Shown: positions 19,086 through 26,259 of the stretch, one piece after another
How the letters are laid out: each line of letters opens with the position of its first letter
Position numbering within the stretch: the stretch's first letter is position 1
Origin: a virus
Taxonomy: Duplodnaviria; Caudoviricetes
Virus record (IMG/VR): IMGVR_UViG_3300009183_000263
Location: 1 to 30,079 of that record
DNA length: 30,079 nucleotides
Strand: one strand, 5' to 3'
Notes under the pieces: generated by a model
The model's database searches: none
Seen by the model: only the letters and a program-made list of their open reading frames with translations
What the model was told of the DNA's origin: nothing
Program-made: the position numbers and the translations under genes

Positions 19086-21350
19086 TTAGTTGCCTATGGT
19101 CATGTTGGTTAATTTAAGATTAGACATGTAATTGTCTTTAGTATTAAATGAAGGCGATGAAATTGTAGTTGAATTAGGAGGAGTTGATATATTTGTACCG
19201 CCCCCTGTTCCTCCTTTTTGTACTATTTGTCTTAGTAAATCACCATTTGCACGCAATTGATCAAGTTGTGCTTGTTGTACTGCTAGTTCTTGTTGATTTA
19301 TTTCTAAAATAGATTTTTGTATTCCCGAATCATTTTGTACATTCATTTTGTACATCTGATTCATTTCTGCTTCCATCTTAACTTTATCTAATTCTTTGTA
19401 TGCACTAGCAAATGCTACTAATGCCGAAGAAAACTGTACTAAGGGAGCTGTCATGTTTGATATATCTTTTGTGATATCCTTTAATTCTATGCCTTGTGAT
19501 AATGATCTCAATCCTTCGGCTAAGAATTTCATACCCGTTCCCAGTGTTAACATTTTTTCCGCATCTAATTTTTCGAATTTCTTTAAATACGAAACTGGAT
19601 CGACTCCTATTAATCCTGCTAATCCATTTGCGATGCCTCCTGCTATTCCTGCTCCAGTACCTACTAGCATAAGTGCCAAACCCCCAGCAATTGCTACCAT
19701 GCCTTTTGCAACCTGTATTAAACTATCACCATTTATAGTTTGATACTTTGCAAGGGAATCAGCAATCACTCCCAAGGCATATGCCAATGCTAATACTACG
19801 CCACCTGCTACTGCTCCTGCTATAATTCCTATTGGACCACCTGCTGCCATAGCTACTGCAAGTATTCCTGTTATGGTAACCAATGTGCCGAAAGCAATTC
19901 CCGCTATTTTCAGTCCTTCTATTATACTATCCCATGGTTTGTTTGCGTATTTTTCTAATTGATCGGCAAGATAACCAACCAAGTATACCAACTCAAACAT
20001 AATAGCACCCGTAACAGCCATTCCTGCTTTTCCTATAAGACCAGTACCTACTGCTATTAATGCAAACATTGCAAAAAAAGCACCAAATGCCAATCCTGCT
20101 ATTTTTAATCCTTCGGTAATTGCATCCCATGGTTTATATGCGTATTTTTCTAATTGATCTGCAAGATATCCAATCAAAAACACAAGAACCACCATAGCTG
20201 CTGTGGCTACAATAACATTTCCTTTTTTAACAGTACCCATCAACAACATTAATCCGATACATACTCCGACAATTAATGTGAATTTAGCTAATCCATCAAG
20301 TATAACTTCCCAAGATATCTCCGCCAATCGTTGAAATAATGGTATCAACAAAAATCCAACAATTAAACCTAATATCGCCAACCCTGCTGTTGCTACAATA
20401 ACATCAGATTTTTTTATCTTCTTCATTAATATCATTAATCCGATACACACACCAACAACCAGAGCAAATTTTGCCAAGCCTTCTAACAATACAGAAAATT
20501 TCATCTTCTCTAAATTTTCAATCAGAGGAATTACGATAAATGCTATGGTTGCTGCTAGTATCCCGAATCCTATTGCTGCGTTCTTCAAGCCACTTCCCAT
20601 TTTTCCAACCAAAATAAATATACCAATCAACAGTGCTAGAACTCCCAACACTTTCATGGTTTTCATCATGTCCATTTTACCTGCATTTGCTAATGCATTA
20701 ATAATTAAAAATAATCCAATTCCGATAATAGCCAATCCTGCTAAATTTTTAAAAGAAGCCATTCCTCCTTCTTCTTTCTTTTTAGGTTTTTTTGAATCTT
20801 CTGTTAAATGCACTAATTTGCTTATACCAAAATTCAATTCTCTTTGAAGATATCGCTGACGATCCAAATGAAGCATGATTGCATCTTTCAAGTCAAACCA
20901 TTCCAATCCCTTTATTAGTTTATTTATTAATGCTTGTGCGTCGTTTTTTTGTGATTTGGACTTACTTCCTGTGTTGATTTTTTGCATTAATCCTGATATT
21001 AATGCTTGTGTGTTATCTTTTGTAGGTTTAATTTTTGCCATTTTCCCTACATTATCAACTATATTATCTAAACTGTCTCCTACGTATTCAAAAAAATTGG
21101 TAAATCCTATAACATTGTTGAATATTTTGGCTGTTTCTGTTGTATCTTTTGGGTTGAAACCTAAACCTAATATTTTTTTATAAGCATTGGCTGTTATGTA
21201 AGCCGTAAGCTTTATCTTTTCTGCTTCTTCTCGTGTGAATTTGCCTTTTATGTTTCCTTTGGCGTCTTTTGTAGACGTAAAGCCACCACCCATTGCCTTT
21301 AACTGGGCAATTACATTATCAAGTTTGTTGGCTAATACAGAAACATCCAC
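19086..21350 (-). CDS. Tape measure protein
   Basis: Ala/Gly/Leu-rich helical 754-aa protein with 62-65 aa internal repeats and many hydrophobic segments; follows the gp26-like genes. Confidence 0.8.
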   Translation of the reverse strand: MDVSVLANKLDNVIAQLKAMGGGFTSTKDAKGNIKGKFTREEAEKIKLTAYITANAYKKILGLGFNPKDTTETAKIFNNVIGFTNFFEYVGDSLDNIVDNVGKMAKIKPTKDNTQALISGLMQKINTGSKSKSQKNDAQALINKLIKGLEWFDLKDAIMLHLDRQRYLQRELNFGISKLVHLTEDSKKPKKKEEGGMASFKNLAGLAIIGIGLFLIINALANAGKMDMMKTMKVLGVLALLIGIFILVGKMGSGLKNAAIGFGILAATIAFIVIPLIENLEKMKFSVLLEGLAKFALVVGVCIGLMILMKKIKKSDVIVATAGLAILGLIVGFLLIPLFQRLAEISWEVILDGLAKFTLIVGVCIGLMLLMGTVKKGNVIVATAAMVVLVFLIGYLADQLEKYAYKPWDAITEGLKIAGLAFGAFFAMFALIAVGTGLIGKAGMAVTGAIMFELVYLVGYLADQLEKYANKPWDSIIEGLKIAGIAFGTLVTITGILAVAMAAGGPIGIIAGAVAGGVVLALAYALGVIADSLAKYQTINGDSLIQVAKGMVAIAGGLALMLVGTGAGIAGGIANGLAGLIGVDPVSYLKKFEKLDAEKMLTLGTGMKFLAEGLRSLSQGIELKDITKDISNMTAPLVQFSSALVAFASAYKELDKVKMEAEMNQMYKMNVQNDSGIQKSILEINQQELAVQQAQLDQLRANGDLLRQIVQKGGTGGGTNISTPPNSTTISSPSFNTKDNYMSNLKLTNMTIGN

Positions 21351-21356
21351 TTATAT

Positions 21357-21362
21357 TATTTA
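21357..21362 (-). promoter_or_regulatory. Late promoter core TAAATA
   Basis: 6 nt upstream of the GTG at 21350. Confidence 0.55.
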
Positions 21363-21370
21363 ATGAACCG

Positions 21371-22117
21371 TTATTCTTTTGAGAATAATCTAGCATCAAT
21401 AGATAATGTATTGCCATCCACCGTAATATAATCCATTTCTTCTTTTCGAAAACCTTGAATATACTCAAGAATCTTGTTATTCAATTCTGCGGGAATATTT
21501 TCTACTACAGACAAACGATCCTTGATTGAATATGCCTTCATATCAACTTCTTCTTTGTTCACTTCTAGTTTTGTAATGAATTTAAGAATTTCATAGATGA
21601 ACAAAGATCCCACCGTTTCACTGATATCTTCTTCTTTTCCCTTTTTGAGCTTGTCTAGTTGAAAATTATTGATTTTTGTGTCTTCTTCTAGTGTTAGCAC
21701 ATCCAATGTAACAGTAATATCGACATTATCCAAGCTTAATTGGGTTTTTCCTATGTTTGTATAGGATAAATCTTTGGATAAAATCAGATCTAGATCATAT
21801 CGGGTTTCGTTTTGATCTTGTTTTGATACGAATTCACTACCAAATGATTGTTTTCTTAGGGATAGGATCACGGGAATCTTGTCCACCACAAGAAAGTCGT
21901 ATTTTTCTGTGGAATTATCTGTAATTACTTGGTTGATTACGTTACTAATGATAATTCCCGAAAGAATTCCGTCTAATCCGCTCTTAATTAGATCTTTTTG
22001 TTGTCTAACCGAAATCGGTTTGAACTTCATTTCTTTCTTTGCTGATGGTACATATACCGAAATTAAATTCGATTCATTAATTTGATTTAATTTTGATAGA
22101 ATACTAGTAACACTCAT
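21371..22117 (-). CDS. Baseplate hub assembly protein, gp26-like
   Basis: VYVPSAKKEMKFKPISVRQQKDLI...VDKIPVILSLRKQSFG resembles gp26. A TAAATC variant lies 5 nt upstream. Confidence 0.7.
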   Translation of the reverse strand: MSVTSILSKLNQINESNLISVYVPSAKKEMKFKPISVRQQKDLIKSGLDGILSGIIISNVINQVITDNSTEKYDFLVVDKIPVILSLRKQSFGSEFVSKQDQNETRYDLDLILSKDLSYTNIGKTQLSLDNVDITVTLDVLTLEEDTKINNFQLDKLKKGKEEDISETVGSLFIYEILKFITKLEVNKEEVDMKAYSIKDRLSVVENIPAELNNKILEYIQGFRKEEMDYITVDGNTLSIDARLFSKE

Positions 22118-22151
22118 AAAAGGATTTAGTGGTTTTTGTTAAAATTACAAA

Positions 22152-23033
22152 TTATTTGTATTTTGGTAGTGATGGCATAGACGGGGTTCCGCCATTTGAT
22201 TTAGATTGTGCTTCTTCTTGACGCTTCATATCTTGATTGTAAAAATTTATATGTATTTTGCATTCATTTGGTGTCATCTGTAAAAAATGATCATGGGATA
22301 TATTCATTTTAGATATGAGATTGTATTGAAGTTCGTAGAAGTTAATTAAATCATCATTAAATATAGACTTAATAAATGTAAATAGTGTGTTATCAAACAC
22401 TTTTAATGGTATTTGTTCTATACCAAACTTATTATTTTCTGTTATTATATTAATACTATTACCTATGTTCTGATATAAATTAATAAACTTTATAAGTTCA
22501 TCAGTAAGATTTGCCGGAATATTATCTATGATAGAGTCTCTTTCTACTTCTGTCAAGTCATAAAAATTAATAATATCATCATCTATTTTTATTTTATCAA
22601 TTAATTCTCTGTATATTTGATCAAAATTATTAATTGTAAATACTTTAGGAGCTGATAAAAATAATGTTATACTATTATATTCAACAGTTTTTGTTAATTC
22701 TAAATCTTTTAATTTATTAATTATGTTATTTTTAATAGAAGAAATTTGATAATCTATACTAATATCTCTTTCGCCTTTTAATGTTAACTTATCTCCTAAT
22801 GAATAAGAACGTAAATCAAGTAATATTAAAAACTTCTCGACATTAGACAATTTATTGACTATACTTTTATCTACCAAACATTCTGATATAACCCATTCAA
22901 AATATTCATTTAATCCATCATTATCTTTATTTGTTATGAATTTCAATAAATCAAAAAACATCGAATTGTTTAAATGATAATATCTTGCCTGTTTTTTTAA
23001 AATGGGAAGATATATTTTAGATGAAAATTTCAT
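22152..23033 (-). CDS. Second gp26-like protein with a C-terminal gp51-like segment
   Basis: IYLPILKK...NVEKFLILLDLRSYSLGD (gp26-like) and FYELQYNLISKMNISHDHFLQMTPNECKIHINFY (gp51-like). Confidence 0.6.
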   Translation of the reverse strand: MKFSSKIYLPILKKQARYYHLNNSMFFDLLKFITNKDNDGLNEYFEWVISECLVDKSIVNKLSNVEKFLILLDLRSYSLGDKLTLKGERDISIDYQISSIKNNIINKLKDLELTKTVEYNSITLFLSAPKVFTINNFDQIYRELIDKIKIDDDIINFYDLTEVERDSIIDNIPANLTDELIKFINLYQNIGNSINIITENNKFGIEQIPLKVFDNTLFTFIKSIFNDDLINFYELQYNLISKMNISHDHFLQMTPNECKIHINFYNQDMKRQEEAQSKSNGGTPSMPSLPKYK

Positions 23034-23035
23034 TT

Positions 23036-23761
23036 CTAACGATTATTTCGAGAATTACTGGGATCTGCATCGTATCGGTACTTTTCGTACATCCAAGTAA
23101 CTCCTGCGGCTACGGGTGCTTCTGATGGCTCTGAATCATATTTAAGAGTCCTATCAGGAACATCAATAGGCACACATCCTTCAAACGTATGCATTAATCG
23201 TGTTGGTTTCAAATCATAATCACGTTCTCTTGTGAACTCCTGTACAGTTATAGTACATTTGATGGAATTCTCTTTTCCTGTGTTTACTAATCCTCTATAA
23301 CCTGCTGCAATAATCCATGGACGTATTAGTCCATATACGAAATCTAAATTAGTTTCTAAAAAATCTATATGCACTGCACGCTCGGAAACACCCATTCGAT
23401 CAGAACCAACAAATCCTTTTAAATAACCACCCATGTTATCTAATCCTGCTCCTGTAACAGAAAACGCCTCTTTGGGTAATTTTATTGATTGTGCATAATA
23501 TAATCCCAACCCATCAAATTTAGGTTGGGTATTATCGTTTAATAATTTATTTTGAACGCTGGTTGGGACAAAAAAGTTATGGGCATCAATTTGAGTATAT
23601 TTTTTAATAATTTCAAACAATGCATCAGGACCACCCGTGTCGTATGTATCGGGAACTATAGCAACTGCCCATTGGGTGGTTAAGGGAATATTATAATCCC
23701 AATAACCACCCATCAAATCTAAGAAATTTGTTACTAAACTATTTTGATTAACTTCTGCCAC
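23036..23761 (-). CDS. Tail tube-fold protein, gp54-like baseplate tail tube initiator
   Basis: YAQSIKLPKE...IDFLET...IRPW...HTFEGCVP...WMYEKY; directly after the tail tube gene. Confidence 0.65.
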   Translation of the reverse strand: MAEVNQNSLVTNFLDLMGGYWDYNIPLTTQWAVAIVPDTYDTGGPDALFEIIKKYTQIDAHNFFVPTSVQNKLLNDNTQPKFDGLGLYYAQSIKLPKEAFSVTGAGLDNMGGYLKGFVGSDRMGVSERAVHIDFLETNLDFVYGLIRPWIIAAGYRGLVNTGKENSIKCTITVQEFTRERDYDLKPTRLMHTFEGCVPIDVPDRTLKYDSEPSEAPVAAGVTWMYEKYRYDADPSNSRNNR

Positions 23762-23762
23762 A

Positions 23763-24353
23763 TTATCTATTTAATGGAGCAACTATGTTACTGCCCATAG
23801 AAGTGCGATCAAAGAAATGATAAGCTATACCAACAGTGAAGGACATTACGGCACCATTGCCTTCTGCCATACTATATGATACTTCACCAACATTTCTTAT
23901 CGAACAGCCAATTAGACGGTACTTATAAATCACATCAAGATTTTTGTCCAACTGAAGTAAGGTCATGATGGAATTTGCGTTTGCAATAGATCCACCAGCT
24001 TGTCCACTGCCAGCAATACCAAAAACATTACCGAATGTTCTGGTTGATTCGTTCATAAGCAATTCACGAACTGATGAAGTTTCTGGACAATACATTTCAA
24101 TTTCGTATGATTCCGAACCGGGAAAGGTTACAGAACCGGGAATATTAAATGTCTGACCTGCGTATTTTACTTCTTGGTTCATAATTGAACGTGCGGGTAA
24201 TTTAGCGGTTTTCGCATACAATAGATCGGTTGGTGATAAATTAACTCCGTTGTCGAAATTAACCGATTCCACACGGAATAGGAAATCCCGTGCAAAGTCA
24301 TTAACTACTGCATTGTTGAAAAATGTATTGATTGTCTGATTCGGTACGTCCAT
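23763..24353 (-). CDS. Tail tube protein, T4 gp19-like
   Basis: ARDFLFRV...AKTAKLPA...VKYAGQTFNIPGSVTF...QLDKN...YRLIGC..RNVGEVSY...FTVGIAYHFF. Confidence 0.9.
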   Translation of the reverse strand: MDVPNQTINTFFNNAVVNDFARDFLFRVESVNFDNGVNLSPTDLLYAKTAKLPARSIMNQEVKYAGQTFNIPGSVTFPGSESYEIEMYCPETSSVRELLMNESTRTFGNVFGIAGSGQAGGSIANANSIMTLLQLDKNLDVIYKYRLIGCSIRNVGEVSYSMAEGNGAVMSFTVGIAYHFFDRTSMGSNIVAPLNR

Positions 24354-24358
24354 ATAAT

Positions 24359-24364
24359 TATTTA
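24359..24364 (-). promoter_or_regulatory. Late promoter core TAAATA
   Basis: 5 nt upstream of the ATG at 24353; a second copy lies at 24380-24385. Confidence 0.75.
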
Positions 24365-24382
24365 TTCTTTTCTATTAATTAT

Positions 24383-26188
24383 TTAGAAAAGAACAAACAA
24401 CATTGTGCCTGCATCCCACAATTTTCTATAGCTATTATCCATCATATTTTGATTTTCTGTTTTATTTGTATCGAAATTTTCTAATATTTTTGCTAATCTG
24501 TGTTTTTGTGTTGAAAACCGTGACAATATTTTATCTTTTTTTGTATATACATACGATGGTGGGGTAAAAGACTTGAAGACAAATCCAAGTTTTTTGTACA
24601 TATTTCCATTGCTGTACCGCAAATCAGCATATGATATCAGGCTTTTTGGATTTTGTAATTTCTTGAAATGGCTTAATAATTTCGAAGCTCCGCCAATTAC
24701 GTTATGGTTTAATTTATTACAGAATCTAACCAATTCCCATTCATAATTTTTATTAAATCGTGGTTTAGAAAATGTCATAACAGACACAAGATCACCGTTA
24801 TATTCTAATCCTAATTTAATTTTAGAATTATCCATACCTTGTAAATGATTCGTATTTAAAAAGTCATTCTTTTGTTTATTATCTAATTCAACAATTTTAC
24901 ATTTTCTTGCATATATTCTATTACTATTTCCTAGTTTATTATTAATAATAGATTTCCAAATATTTTGCTTATTTACATTATTCCATTCATGTGAATTAAT
25001 TTGCAATAAATTAATATTTAAATCTAGGCATTCTTTGTATTTTACAAAATGGTTGTTTCTTTTTTCGGTTTCTTGATCAATATTATTAGGAAAACTACTA
25101 CCAAAAGAATGCCACACTCCTCCGTTATATTCTATGGCTATATTTTTAGATGGTATGTATATATCTAATTCTTTATTTGTGTTTGTATATTTATAATTTT
25201 CTAAAATATCGGATTCATATTGTTTTACATATGCTAATACTGTTTTTTCTTGATAAGAAGTACCGTTCTTTCCATAACATACATAACATCTGATATTTTT
25301 CCATTTTCCGTCCGAAATATCGCATTCTATAGAAGTATTGCAAACATTACACATTAATTTCGTTTTGCCGTAATTCAAGCCATTGAAATTAGTTTTATCT
25401 GTTATTTCGAAACCTTGGCTTTCTATCATAGGTGCAATATTTTCTATATGATTAGTAACTCGGTTTTTGCACAAAAGAAAGTGAGCACATTCTCTTTCAG
25501 GACAACATGTGGTATATCCCTGTTTTAAATTTATAAATCTGGTTTTGTTTTTATTACAAATAAAACATATTTTTCCGTCATGTGTATCATGAATTATATT
25601 ATAAAATCTATTAGCCCAATTATATTTATTTTTAGTCAATATCATATAATTCGTTTCTTTTATGATTCTTTTTAATATATGTTTACTGTGTTTCATATCA
25701 GTTCTAGAAACACATTTTACGCATTCTGCTATGTTATCGTTTTTCTTTGAAAGAAATTTTATCATTTCTTCTTTGCTGGAAATTTCTGTTTCTTCGTTTA
25801 ACAAATAATCAATTAAATCTTGTTTTTCTTTTTTAATATTAAAATTACAAGTTCCACTAGGAGATTTCCAAGTTGTATTCACTTTTCTAAAACATTTATT
25901 ACATGATTCGATAAACCCAACTTTATTACTAATAAATTTTAAAGGTTTTCCACATATGCATTTGGGTGTATCTGTTAAATTATTAATTATACAATATATA
26001 CGTTTCGACAATGGATCAGAATTATCCAAAAAATTAGTACAGTCTATTATATTTTTACATAATGTACTTACCAGAAAATGATCTCTTCTAAAATAAGCAG
26101 AATTTAAATTCCCATTAGAAGTATAAAAGCTTTTATCGTTTTTTATCTGTTTTAATACTTCTTCGTATTCTAGATTGTCTGTGCTCAT
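24383..26188 (-). CDS. Hef-like free-standing endonuclease: Cys-rich zinc-ribbon repeats, Vsr/DUF559-like nuclease and Mom/GNAT-like C-terminal domain
   Basis: S.QE...KELDIYIPSKNIAIEYNGGVWHS nuclease motif; YARKC...FLNTNHLQG...ELVRFC...GGASKLL...ISYADLRYSNGNMYKKLGF...WDAG. More AT-rich than its neighbours. Start MSTD at 26188. Confidence 0.8.
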   Translation of the reverse strand: MSTDNLEYEEVLKQIKNDKSFYTSNGNLNSAYFRRDHFLVSTLCKNIIDCTNFLDNSDPLSKRIYCIINNLTDTPKCICGKPLKFISNKVGFIESCNKCFRKVNTTWKSPSGTCNFNIKKEKQDLIDYLLNEETEISSKEEMIKFLSKKNDNIAECVKCVSRTDMKHSKHILKRIIKETNYMILTKNKYNWANRFYNIIHDTHDGKICFICNKNKTRFINLKQGYTTCCPERECAHFLLCKNRVTNHIENIAPMIESQGFEITDKTNFNGLNYGKTKLMCNVCNTSIECDISDGKWKNIRCYVCYGKNGTSYQEKTVLAYVKQYESDILENYKYTNTNKELDIYIPSKNIAIEYNGGVWHSFGSSFPNNIDQETEKRNNHFVKYKECLDLNINLLQINSHEWNNVNKQNIWKSIINNKLGNSNRIYARKCKIVELDNKQKNDFLNTNHLQGMDNSKIKLGLEYNGDLVSVMTFSKPRFNKNYEWELVRFCNKLNHNVIGGASKLLSHFKKLQNPKSLISYADLRYSNGNMYKKLGFVFKSFTPPSYVYTKKDKILSRFSTQKHRLAKILENFDTNKTENQNMMDNSYRKLWDAGTMLFVLF

Positions 26189-26193
26189 ATATA

Positions 26194-26201
26194 TATTTAT
26201 A
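26194..26201 (-). promoter_or_regulatory. T4-type late promoter TATAAATA
   Basis: Full consensus, 5 nt upstream of the ATG at 26188. Confidence 0.8.
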
Positions 26202-26210
26202 CCACATATC

Positions 26211-26245
26211 AAAAAATATGGAAGAATAAATCTTCCATATTTTTT
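26211..26245 (-). terminator. Rho-independent (potentially bidirectional) terminator after the tail sheath gene
   Basis: Perfect 15-bp inverted repeat aaaaaatatggaaga / tcttccatatttttt with a 5-nt loop. Confidence 0.85.
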
Positions 26246-26259
26246 ATTTTTGGATTTTA

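Noticed and set aside
15275-20450. CRISPR array or DGR template/variable repeat explanation for the repeats
   Set aside because: The repeats are in-frame coding duplications with no spacers, no adenine-specific mismatch pattern was noticed, and there is no reverse transcriptase in the window.
24354-26259. Group I intron or transposon boundaries around the endonuclease gene
   Set aside because: Both flanking genes are intact, the flanks are too short for a ribozyme core, and no terminal inverted repeats or target-site duplication were seen.
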